A DNA stretch of 64,000 nt from Tubulanus polymorphus (Eukaryota > Animalia > Nemertea). The position numbers were made by a program, and so were the translations under genes. Every line of letters begins with the position of its first letter. Position 1 is the first letter of the stretch. The DNA lies in assembly GCF_964204645.1 (NCBI RefSeq), contig NC_134032.1, forward strand, positions 10,466,275 through 10,530,274. Direction: 5' to 3'. Below the pieces are notes generated by a model, which worked only from the letters and a program-made list of their open reading frames with translations, was not told the DNA's origin and searched no databases. This document shows, piece after piece, positions 25,181 to 37,134 of this stretch.

Positions 25181-25508
25181 AGCCGGACGTAGGTCGGCCT
25201 TGCGACGCGATGCGATCCTCGCGTTGCATCGCAAGTTTCACTGCAAGTCGGTTGCGATACGATTGTCAGCGACTGTGTGCGACTAGTTTCTGCCAGTCGC
25301 AAGAGCGCGTAGGTCGGTTGTGACAGCCGTGTCGCGTCGCAGAAAGTAGAACACGTGCGACTTCTTGTGACTGGCGTTGCTGACAGTCGCAACCCGTCGC
25401 AAGGGAGCGTAGGTCGATAAGTCGCTGCGACACAATCGTCGCTGGCGGTCGCAGTGAATGGCGTCGCAGTGAGTCACAAGCCTTCGCAAAGCCGACCTAC
25501 GTCTGGCT
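25181..25508. mobile_element. PIF/Harbinger-type MITE
   Basis: TIRs AGCCGGACGTAGGTCGGC / GCCGACCTACGTCTGGCT; TAA target-site duplication on both sides; internal gtcgc/gcgac subrepeats. Confidence 0.85.
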
Positions 25509-26939
25509 TAAGTCATAAGCAATTAATGAAATACCTGTTTCATTTATGATGAAAAAACTCAAATGAAGAGTCTGGCTTATAAAGCTGTCTGCTCAGACAA
25601 AATTTTCAAAAAAAAAAACTCTTCATTTCTGCCAATGAATCTAATAATTGTGATTGATCGTTGCAAGTCAGAACCAGTTAATCACTAATTAACATGCATT
25701 TTAATAAATCTGATTCCTCCTTTACAGTGAACTTAGCTTTAACCTAGTAGAGGCTACTAGCCTATGCGTAGACCTAACATCCGGACAGATTGGTCGTAGG
25801 CCTATTGAATAAGAACCCTCCTAAATATCGTAAATTTTGTTTTGAAGTTCAATCATCCAATGAGTCCGTTAATAAACGCAACAATTATACTGTGTTTGTT
25901 TGAGACAGTAAAGGTCAGTTCCGGTAGGCCTAAGCCTTAAGGTCGCGTAATCTTCAAGCGACACAGCGAACGATCTCCTTTCCTCCACAGCGAATGCTTA
26001 CTCCGAATGTCAAGTGTGAGTCCAGCATACGGATAGGAGTGTGTTATATACTTATATTTTGTAAATACCTTGTGCATTTGACAATGATCGGTATGTACTG
26101 TAGGAAATATAGAGTATTGATGGTATTGATATAGAGGTTGAAGCCCGCGGCCGAATAAAGTAATATATTCTTTTATTTTGATACCTCGTCGACATAACAG
26201 CTTTACTCCGCTATATATCTTCGGCGTGTTTAGTTTAGGCCTACGACTCCCCGGTACACTTATGATTTATCTTAGTAAATACACGGTTAATTTGATAAAG
26301 AAAAATAGGTATTGCTAAACTAACGGCTTGACACCAGCAGCCAATTCACTGGTAGTAATAAATTAATTTGTACTCGATTTGATTCTCATGATGAGGTGAA
26401 ACTCGCAGCTGATCCCGGAACGACGATGTAGTGACACTCGTCGATTCGTCGATGTTTACGGCTCGACAGTGCTTTTAAAATCTAAAGCAGTAAATTTCCT
26501 GTATATCGGTAATACGATTTGATGGGGAAAATGGGCTATTGTTAAAATTAGTTTTTAAAAACCGCGACAGAATGTGCAATCTTTGGGTAATAAATTTGTT
26601 AATTTATGCTTGAATTGATAATTGATGTGACAAGAAACGTGCGGTAGCTAGATTTCGGAAAGAGGACTTAGAAAAACATGTCGGCTCTTTGAATGGGGTT
26701 TCGACAGGGCTTTTGTAACGATGATTCTTCAAAATACGCACGGGGTATTTGTAGATCGAAGTGAGCTGAATGATATCAGACGGATTGTATCGACAACAGC
26801 GGCAAGGTAACAAAGCCTTTGTTCTTTTAGTAAAAATAGTGTGGAAGAAAATAATAATAATAATAATCACGCGGATATCAATAGGGTTTTCTGTGAAATA
26901 ACAGAAAACCCTAATAATAAAAACAACATATTTTGTGCA

Positions 26940-29900
26940 TCAATTTCCTCTCGACTTCGGCTTCAGACGGATCACTTTTCGAAAAATGATGCAGCCTATT
27001 CTATGAAACAATTCCTGGCAGCTTCGTGATAACAACTGAAAACAAGAAATGAAAGTGTACGTATAAAGATATCTCTCTCAGTCGTAGGGACACGAACCTG
27101 ATGGACACTCTGTCATCACATCCGCTCAGTATACGGAGACGTAAGAAATATAACGAAAGGGGTCACTACAATCTTTTAGAGCGAAAAATATGTTACGTTA
27201 CCCTTTCAATTTCTCGTGGTTTCATCGTTCTGTCGGTAAACAGCCGTCTGGGTATGCACACGCGGTCGAGGTCATGTGGATCGATATTGATCACGCCGAC
27301 TAAGGTCATCTGAACTTCTTCCAAATCTGAAGAGCAAAAGAAGCATAAATTCATTCCATTCAGTCAACTATTTGGGCGTTTAGAAAAACCAGTAAAAATT
27401 ATTGCATTTCGATGCACATTTCATTTTGACAGGTGTTTTTTAAGAGTTACCAGAATTTCCCACAATCGCGTTTACATCAGTGACATAGGATAAAGTGGAA
27501 ATCGTGTCGTTCTGGAAAATACGCACGTATACAAATAAATGAAAAGCTTTATGCGATGAATTAAAATGATGCCACAACGTTTCAATTCTTAACTAACAGC
27601 CATCATTTTTTATTTGTCTACAGTTTTGATACGAACTAGGGTGTTTTATTCATAAATTAAATCCGAAAGATAAGAACTCATACAGACCACAGTAAAAAGT
27701 TGAAATTTTTGAACCGAAAAACTTATTTTCTCTTAGAATAAGTATTTAGATTAATAAGGTAGGCTTATTGGCACAGTCTAATTAATCAAGGACCACCCTT
27801 TTGTTTACCATGTTAACTTTATTGATATTCAACGCTTGATCTACATCCTCGTAAAGTATATCTCCATAGTCTAACAGAACGTTACTGACTGCAGCTGCAA
27901 GAACCACCGGACCAGGAGTGAGAACATCTTCTTCATTGAACTGTGTAATGAAAACAAGGAATGGAATTAATATTGACTCTTACGGAAAAGTTTCCGCCAA
28001 AACTGACCTTTGTCATTTAATTGAATGTCCCTTGTACGTGTGGACTAGATTACTGTATTCAGCAAATGTCCCTATGATATCATTTGATTATTCCTAAAGA
28101 CCCTTATAGAAAAGATAGCTGCCTCCATAAAATCCCCGAATGACAACATCATATTACCCCTATAGACTATTCAAGAAAAATTGAAATCCCCTATGACATC
28201 ATCCAAATTACTCTTGATGAAATTCTTACGCGGGTGATATTAAAATGATGGCTGTTTATTGCCCGGATGTTGGTGCTCAGCTTCCAAATCTCTGTTGGAC
28301 TAAATGGTTTGACAGATCTATGGACAAAAACCTGAAAAGTAACGAAAAGATTACGTTGGGAGCTCTTAAGTCAACAGAATTACCATGCAAGGTTGTTTTG
28401 TCCCATTTATATTCAAAGTCCAAAAATCGACGAAATCACGATTCAATATTCCTCACCTTGCCAATGCGTTTTGCAATGTCTGGATTTTCACTGACGCAGA
28501 CGGTTCCGTGTTTTGCTGACTGCACTATGAAATCTCGCAGACATTTTACATGCTAAAAACAGTCAAAATCAACTAGAAAATATCGTAACTGATCCCTTTC
28601 AAGACTGCTTTTCATTTGAAAAATGAGATTAACCTAAAGGACTTAGCAGAAATGTGCCGAACATGATGCCCATCTATTGGTTCCCGATGAGCATATAATG
28701 TGATCGATACATGAATGCAAGAGCGCATTTCTGATTGACTAAAAACGATAAAGCCATCTCTAGCCACAATACACAGAAGTTGAAAGAGATGGAAACGTTT
28801 CCCACTGTAAAAGGACGCTGCACAGAATTCATACCTCAGGGTTTCCGACAATCTCTTCGTCACCGCCCGCCTCAAATAAGGGACAGTCTTTCGAGGCAAA
28901 CGCTGTGCGTTTCTCTGCGCTGAATACCACATCTCCTGTTTGGTCTACAATCACGTGATGGGTTGTGACAACCTTATGACCACCTGCAGATACCGTCGTT
29001 GATTTAGTCGCCGTCACTGCTGTAACGGCGCATCTTGCCCTCAGTGTGTCACCGATGTAAACCGGCTTGCGTTGCGTAATTTTGTAGAAACCCAAATGGT
29101 AACTTGCCATTTCGGAAAATCTGCAAAAAATAAAAAGTCGTTTGTCACGAACAAACAAAGGAAATGCTTCCCATTTCAGCTTTGGTATTTATAACTTGTT
29201 CTTGTCCCCAAATACATCTTGGCACTTTTAATGCAGCTTCGCACTCCGGTATCTTTTAACCTGCTCACCTATTTCATCTATATATGGCTCCCTTCCCGGC
29301 GTAAAAACCCGGTTCCCGATGAAACCATCCCTTCCTCATTTATATACGGCTATCCCCTTGGCGGTGCACCTCTTCTTGCTTTGGTATTTGTACCTCTTTC
29401 TCCGTGTAGCCTATCTTTGCAACATTTTTATGGGTCATTAGTCCTCACAATTTCCCCGAATAGCCCCAACCCTTCTGAGACACCAATTGTTCTTACCTAA
29501 TAACCATTAAACCAGCGCACAATCCAGCCAAATGATAAAAATTCACCAGTCGCGATTTCAGACCTAATTTCCGACTGAACGCATCACTAGAATTCACTTT
29601 AAAACCATTGATAAACGACTCTTCCCAAGTTGACGCGCACGATGCGTCAAGTGTCACCTCAAACGGAGAGTGCGTCATCTTGGTTAGTACCCCAGCCATT
29701 CCCGGGAGTAATTCTGTCTGAACAAGTTCATCGCTGTCGTTTTCATCCTCGACTGTCGTAGTTCTTTGCTGCGCTGCCATATCAAGAAGTTTCTGTGCGT
29801 GCTTGACATGCGGTGGTCCAATACCCTGCGCGCTATCGTAGGCCGAGCGTTTGTAGATGTGCATTCTACCATCATCGTTAGGGTTCCAACTTGTGATCGT

Positions 29901-30719
29901 TTGGGCTGATTTCAGATCGTGACCTTTGATCGTCAGTATATCGTTAGCCAGTATCGTCTGCGCCGGCGTTAAAGTACACCTCGTGTAGAACCCAAGTTCT
30001 TTGGCGCGTTTGGTCTGACGTATGAAATGCGAATGGCTCTCAATGTTACAGTCAGCCCCGAATATCGGCGTGATGTTTGCTCGGCGACATGCTCTTACGA
30101 TTTCTATCTGAGCCGATTGGGCCACCTGCTCATCCACGTGCGCCATAGTTTCCGATGCATAGTCATAGTTACCGTGAATCAGAGACACCACACGGTCCGA
30201 ACTGCGCACTATTTGCGCGCAGTTTTCCAAACCTTCAATCGATTCGATCATTCCAACTATTGTCGTCTGGCCGACCTCCATGCCCATCCGCGATTCAATT
30301 CGGTCAATCAGCTCCGCACATCTCCGAACATCGTCACCATTGGTCAATTTAGGAACGACAAAACCGCTCAAGCGTGGATTGACGAGCTCGGTGACGTCAT
30401 GGATCCATGTGGAGTCATCTGCTACCACTTCGTTGATGCGGATGAATATCGGAACCGGACAAACGATACTGTTAACTAGTTCTTTGAAATTTCGCCTGGT
30501 CGTGCTCTTATGGTCTGGGTGGACGCTGTCCTCCAAATCGAGAACGACACAATCCGCTTGCAAAAGCCACAACTTCTCATCGGTTAGACGTTCTTTTTTG
30601 ACGAATTGAAACGTTCTCGGTAGATTATTACTGAAGGCGGTGGTTGAGCGACACCTGGCGATGACCGATGCATTTGCCGCGGATTTAAAACCGAAAGTCA
30701 CCGAATATCGCAGCAACAT
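26940..30719 (-). CDS. CitE/malyl-CoA-lyase-family domain fused to mesaconyl-CoA-hydratase-like double hot-dog (MaoC) domain, copy 1 (8 coding exons, 706 aa)
   Basis: Exons 30719-29497, 29120-28835, 28552-28457, 28331-28230, 27940-27809, 27511-27451, 27326-27202, 27035-26940 (2121 nt, in frame). Lyase motifs DLEDSV, IRIN, VPK, IES, GNYD; hot-dog motifs SSDAFSRKLGL, HLGF, KPVYIGDTL, HHFN, PGPVVL. Confidence 0.85.
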
Positions 30720-31024
30720 CTGAAATTGGACAATGAAAGATTTATGGGTTAATTCCTAGACCTGACATGGCGTGGCATTTGGCATTGGCACCACATGAAC
30801 TGCTGCAGTGTTAATCAGGAACAACCTTAAAAATCACACTCAATTTATCAAGGGCACTGATGTATGGTTTGTGGATCAAGCTCTCACGCCTCCTATCCTC
30901 TAGCAATATTTTGCTTGTGTATATTTTCCGCCTGCTAACTCTCCGATTCATGAGAGTTCCCAGATAGGTATGTTTGATCCAGTTTATAACGATGTTGTAA
31001 TGTACTGTCACAACAATTACATCC

Positions 31025-31285
31025 TGGAGTTCGGCGATTTTAATTCTCGTATTTTCACTCTAAAGGATTTTATTCATGCTAGTGAAAACTCACCTGTAGA
31101 CCATACTGTTTCGGATTCCAGTTTTGAAAAAAAACACCGATAAAAAAGGCTCCTTTGGAAAAAACTCATTGATTCATACGCTGTTTGTAATCTAAGAATT
31201 ATAAACGGTAGAACTATAGGCGATGACAACATACAATGAAACGTACAATGGTTTCAGCGCCGTTGATTTCTTTATTTGCAGCAAT
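31025..31285 (+). mobile_element. Decayed LINE apurinic-endonuclease domain fragment
   Basis: GDFNSR ... GKKLID...NLRIINGRTIGD ... NGFSAVDFFICS motifs. Confidence 0.7.
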
Positions 31286-31915
31286 TTAGAATAAACCGAT
31301 CAGATACATCTGATGGGGAATAAACGAGCTTAACGTCGTAAGTGCTTTCGAATCCCTGGAAACAGAAATCGAAGAGTACAACATAGGCGTCCCCAGGACC
31401 CCCTAAGGACGCCCATGCAAACAGATGACACAATCAGTTTGGACTCAAGCTCTCTGCTAGAAAAATGTACGAATAGCGAAACTCCGAATGTCATGTCATA
31501 ATCTTAAAATGGAAAAATGAAGGAAACGTGGCATCGATCAATCAAATGGTATCTGCCCACACTGTATAGTCATTGGCGTTGAAACTCATTTCGTCTTATA
31601 CTGCAAACTTAAAGATAACCTAAGAATTAAATATAACATTATTAATTTACACCTAGATACTTTTCATTCGACCTACATCCATCCTAGCAAACTAATTTTC
31701 TTAGATATTGCGCAATTTATATATCATTGACTTGTAAATATCAAGTAAAGAATATTGTATGTATATCAGATATTAAATGCCTTCTTCTTTTCCTTTATCG
31801 CTTTATAATTGATCCTTTTTCAATCACATACTTTTTATTTATGACGAATAAAATGAATTTGAAATTTCAATTGTCTAGTGTAGCCGTTATTCCCCAAATA
31901 CGGAGCCCGTAACAG

Positions 31916-32208
31916 CAGGGGTGGATCCAGAGCTTATATTGAGGGGTAGTACCCGATGAAAAGGGCAATGATTATTAAGAAATGCGCTATCCACGAGTAG
32001 CGAAAAGGGGTCTGTTTGCCCTTTTGCAGGAAAATTTTGAAAAATAAGCCCCTGCAGATGCCATTCCCAAGTATTTGAGCTAGTTTCAACCACAGAAAAA
32101 TGCAATAAGAGCCTTTAGATGTCTTCGGATGGTACTGAATTTTCGGGGGCCAACTGAAAGTTTAGAGGGTTGCACGTGCCCCAGGGGCTACCCTCTGGAT
32201 CCTCGCCT
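31916..32208. mobile_element. MITE with CAGGG-type termini (hAT-like)
   Basis: CAGGGGTGGATCCAGAG ... CTCTGGATCCTCGCCTG imperfect TIRs. Confidence 0.6.
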
Positions 32209-32619
32209 GTAACAACGTCTGGTATTCCGACTATATCATGCATACACTCAGTAGATGCTAGATACAAGAAGATTGCAGATTCAACGGGAAAGAAACAGAA
32301 ATTATAAATTCATGAGATTCGATATAAGTTTTTAATTGAAATAATGGATATACGAGAGACTTCAGACTTGGCAAACTGTCCAAAAATTTTTACAGAAAAT
32401 TGCGTTTCGGTGACAATTCCTTTTTCTAGTTGAACGCTAGTTAAGTGTATATATTGTTATGCGGCCCGAAGAAGGAACCGAAATATCGTGGGAGAGCGTA
32501 TCCTTCCTCAGCTCCGCACAACGACACAAATTGAAATTGACCCGAGACCAAAAATAAATAAACGACTAAGATGTATATACTTCGGATTCTAAATACTCAC
32601 AACTATTTATTATATCAGT

Positions 32620-34290
32620 TCCGTCTTCCCTATGTATCGACACCTTTTACAATTTCTGTTTCTAGTTTCTTACGGTTGTCCTTTCCCTCTTGGTTTCCCA
32701 GGTGCTCTCCCACTAGTTCAGCTATGTCTCTTAGTTTTATACTATCAAAAATTTGGTTTCCAAGGAACTATTCTCGTGACCAACGCCACCGCATTTGGGG
32801 AGGGCCGACGACCAACCTCGGGACCTGATTCGCCCACCAGGCCCCCAAGAATTAATGTTCTTAGCAACCTGGTTAAGAAACAAGCCCGGAGTTGTCTCGG
32901 TTTCCAAACATGTAGACGTGGACACTTGACTAATCCCTTAGGATTTTTTATTATTGTCTTGAAAACTAACTCCAAAATATTTCTTATTAATCGAGACATA
33001 AACTGAACCAGTAACAAAGGCAAATAACATTAACTGATGGTAATGCCAAAACTTGCCCGTTTATGAATTTCTAGTAAACAATAACAAATATACATTGAAA
33101 AACCGTTATAATGCCATCATTTTTAATGCCACCGCTCACTGTCTTAACGCCAGCATTTTTCAGAGAATAAATTTGCGCAATCTAACTCAATTTCATTGAA
33201 AATGCCATTCGTTTATAACAGTGCCGTTATAACGGACTTTGGCTGTTAATACTTCAAGGATGCAGTAAAATAATAAGCAGTAATAAACTTGTTGTTTTCA
33301 AGTTAAACGATTCAGTAAACGTGATTGTTACTCAAATGTTACCTCAGAAAAGAACTCGTGCTGATCAGCAAGAAATTCAATTGATCAAATAAGTTGCAAG
33401 TATAAGGCGTATGCTATATACGTATGTCCCCGGCCGTGCTAAGGCATAGACTATATAACAGCAACCGCTTTCACTGGAGTGATCTCGTCTGATTCATTTG
33501 TTGCGGTCACGAGTCATCGCCAACCTGTTACGCACGGGCGGGGATTTTAGACGGTACATATATAAGTGTTTTCTTGAAATGTATATATAATGATAATCTT
33601 GTGGAAAAAGAGATTTTGATTACATTTCATGTATTGTAAGCATGCCTGCTTGCTTTATGTCGTTCGGATCTTGGTTTCCCAAGACTAAAACCCTGATTAT
33701 TCATTATTGCTTTGTCTATATATTTTACCGACCAGTTTTTTTAGGTGTTTCTATGAATTGTTTGACCAAATTACCAAAATAACCCAGAAATAAATATATA
33801 AGTCAACTACTGAATACAAATCCCGACAAATACTCATAATCCTTCATTTTGTTTATTATGAGTTTCCTATCTCTGTCGACACCTTACAATATCTGTCACA
33901 ACGTAAGTTTCTTCATAAATTATGACTAGCTTTCTTGGGTGGGTTTTCCTGATCTTTTCCCAGAGCGCTCTCCCGGAGCGCCCCCTTGCTCACCGGCTAG
34001 TTCAGCTATGTCTCTTATTTTCATACTATTAAAAGTCAGTATCCGAGGAATTATTCTCGTGACCAACGCCGCCACATTTGGGAAGGGCCGACGAGACCAA
34101 CCCCGGAACCGTATTCGCCCATCAAGCCACAAGAACTAATATTCTTAGAAACTTGGTGGCGAAATGAGCCCGGAGTTGTCTTGGTTCCCAGACATGTAAA
34201 CATTGCAACTCGAATAATCCCAGGATTTTTACTAATTGTCCCGAAAACCTAAATCCAAATTGTTTATCAGAGACCAGTAAAAAAGCGAAT
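32620..34290. repeat. Two diverged direct copies (~400 bp; ~32620-33020 and ~33850-34290) of an unclassified repeat
   Basis: Shared ctagttcagctatgtctctt, attctcgtgaccaacgcc and agcccggagttgtct blocks. Confidence 0.7.
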
Positions 34291-35049
34291 AAATATCAAG
34301 CACAATGAGTTGTATGTGTTATGAACAACTGCTATAGATTTATGCATGTTTATATAGATATCAAAAATTGCTTATCATAACAATATAAACATGTTTATTG
34401 TCAATACATCTGTGTCTATGCAGACTATGACATTTCAGTATCAAATCCATATTCCTAACCGGTTGGGGTGAGTTGCACAGACAAGTTTAGAATTGAGACC
34501 AGTCTAAGACCATGAGCTCTATAATAAACAATCCAAGAACTTCTCACCAGTCTTGTGATTTAAGACCACCTCCGCACTTAAATCAGGCGCGTTCGAACGG
34601 GCCCGGGCGGTAGTGATGGCCACGACTGTGAAGCCATGGAGGATTCTGAACCTTCTTCGACTTATATATAAATCGCCCATTTAGACCACTTGACACTGAA
34701 AATTGCAGTCGAAAATATATCCTGGTGGGTGCGATTTATGGTGAGAATTTGTAACGCTGAGGTTATTTCAAATATTCTATGTTCAGTGCATCCAGGCATT
34801 GATGCAGTTATAAATAAAAATTCGAAAATTGTATTATAATACATTTTTGGTGTGTTTATTGAGTGATCAGTTGAGTGCAAACGAGCAATAAAACCATCTC
34901 GCGACATATGAGACTTGTTGATACCGAAATATTATTTCAGTAAAAGCAATAAAAACTGGCATAAACTTTGTATATAAGTTCGAAGTATCAATTGGTTTCG
35001 AGTTTGACTGCTATCGAGGTAAGTGGAAGGTTAGAATATTGGTTTTAAT

Positions 35050-35370
35050 AGCTGGCGGTGTGGTTCGAGCGTTCGGCTATCGGAAGGCAGGTCATAGTTT
35101 CGAACCCCGTACATAACCGACTGTGTCCCCGGCCAAGACACTTTATCTTCATTGCCTCACTTCACCCGGGAAATAAGACGGGTACCTGGCCTGATAGATG
35201 GTGACTCCTGAACACCGCACCTAGTAGTTGCTCGGGTATGTTACTTCTCCCCAAGGAGAGATGACTGATATATGGTTAGAGTAATAGGCTGGGGGTAATA
35301 CATGTAATACCAATTGGAAAGCACATTTCAACATTGTATCACAGTGAAAAGGGCGCTATAGAAATAAGAT
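35050..35370 (+). mobile_element. tRNA-derived SINE in the first (5'UTR) intron of the toxin-like gene
   Basis: A-box-like tggcggtgtggt, B-box-like gtttcgaaccc, CORE-like tgtgtccccggccaagacact, followed by cacccggg...gggtacc. Confidence 0.65.
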
Positions 35371-35682
35371 TACTTGATATTTAGAACATCAATCATTTTT
35401 ATTAAAAGTAACTGACATGGAGTGATGTTCTTTTCAATTTACTTCTCTTTGCGAAAGGGGAAACTAACTGTCAATCGCGATTTAAATCCGATTCGTTGCA
35501 ATTCCAGAATAAATTCAACACTAATAATCAAGCATTTCTGATTTTTAGTATAAAGCTTTTACATCCGAAGAATGTTGCAGTTACTTGGCAAAAAAAGTTT
35601 GGACAGGTTTTTTTTCTGTATTTGCGTTCAAGATTTTAGGTTAAATTGACTGAATCAAATTTAGGAAGCAAACGACTTAACA

Positions 35683-36963
35683 ATGACGGGGCTACTCGGA
35701 AATAGGAAAGTGATTGGACGGCTGAGCGTCATAGCTCTGATTCTGCATTCGATTATCTGGGCCAATGCCAAGGACGTTGCCGCGCAGCAGGTGAGTTTCA
35801 GGCCCCAGTTGCTCAGTTCTGTCCAGAGGTAGTAAATATCAAGATTGGCTTTATGACTAAGTTAGTAATTAGATTGATCTTAAATCAAAGCCATCGCTGT
35901 GCAACTGGCTCCAGCAGTTTTGCAAGTTGGTATGAATTCAGAATCTTTCAAAATAAAAAGCCTTACGTACATCTTGCAGAAAATACAACAAGTGGCTTCT
36001 TTATTTCAGTCCAAAGGCGACGCCGCGCACTCACTAACTGAAAGGGCGCTGAACGCGGATATTAAAGGCTTTTTAGAACAGGCACTTGGAAGAGGTAACG
36101 TAACCATACACCAGCCACATGCTCGTGTAACCATTACTGGGGTTCGTTGCTAGCTAATGTATACCCCGGGCCCGGTTTTATAGACTGGTATTACCTTTAA
36201 CCGGGAGGCTAACTCAATTGATAATGAATTAAGTTAGCCCCGGGTTAAAGTTAATACTAGTCTATAAAACCGGGCCCTGGTGAATACCATAATGACAAAT
36301 GATTTTGAAACTCGGCACAACCATAGCAAAATTGATTGATGATACATGTATGATGAAAATGAACTGAAAACCTGAAGGGGTTTCGACGAGATTGCTAGGT
36401 TGCGGGTTCAATCTGCCAATTCCTATCTTCGTAGGAAATCAGCTCGATCTTACCATCAGACAAAGATTCATTCCACTAGCTTGATTTATTTTCTATTTTC
36501 AACAGACGAAAGACATGCGCTGTTTAAGCGGCGACTCACCGCGGACTTCAAAGGCAAGCATTTCATGACAACGTCCACATTCCACAGCCTGGGAACTCGA
36601 CAGCGAAATTGGGATAATGAAATGACCGCGCGGCTGCGGTACTATCGTCGAGATCCTAATGTCATTTCATTGATAGTAGCAAATAACGATGCCCGATTAC
36701 AGACCGATATAGCGCGCCCGGCAAATACGGTTCCCGGTGGACATGGCAATCTGTATCGCGCAAGCAACAGTTACCGCGTATACGACGCGTCGATCCGGGT
36801 TAGGATACAGCACGGTAGGAAACGAGCCACGGTGACCAGTCTGATCGATCGAGGATTGGTGAATTTGATTTTGGGTCATAAAACATCGAGTATGGGCATT
36901 ACGATGCACTACGACCGCATCGATGGCGCAAGAGGCAACACACGAATTCACCTGCATCCGTAA
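35683..36963 (+). CDS. Secreted prepro-protein (216 aa) with cationic Ntox50-like (bacterial polymorphic-toxin RNase-like) mature domain; exons 35683-35790, 36010-36094, 36506-36963
   Basis: Canonical GT-AG junctions, phases 0 and 1, in frame; signal peptide ending WANA|K; dibasic site LFKR|R; TATA at ~34971 and a non-coding exon donor at ~35018; AATAAA at ~37018 and ~37038. The domain call comes from motif recall only. Confidence 0.8.
36169..36276. mobile_element. Short palindromic MITE (Harbinger-like, CWG-type flanks)
   Basis: GGCCCGGTTTTATAGACT ... AGTCTATAAAACCGGGCC; nearly the whole element is a hairpin. Confidence 0.8.
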
Positions 36964-37134
36964 TGGGGAAGGTGTCCACCGAATCTGGACAATTCAATTC
37001 ACCGAAATATCCAATTCAATAAAAATCAACCGACTGAAATAAAACTAATATTAGCATGTATACTCTTTTTAATTTTCTTCTGTATATCAACATGACACCG
37101 GAAGAGCTCTGGACAACGGGTTATCTTTTGTGCA

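Noticed and set aside
30027-30609. Plus-strand ORFs overlapping the lyase exon (also 39764-40346)
   Set aside because: Antisense shadows of a real coding exon
29493-30719. Bacterial contamination suggested by the long CitE-like ORF
   Set aside because: The ORF continues through seven GT-AG introns conserved in both copies and is embedded among animal genes and repeats
35050-35110. tRNA gene
   Set aside because: Only degenerate A/B boxes with no complete cloverleaf, followed by SINE body sequence
36400-36505. ORF-track N-terminus of the 187-aa ORF
   Set aside because: Intronic; ends in a polypyrimidine tract and CAG acceptor at 36505
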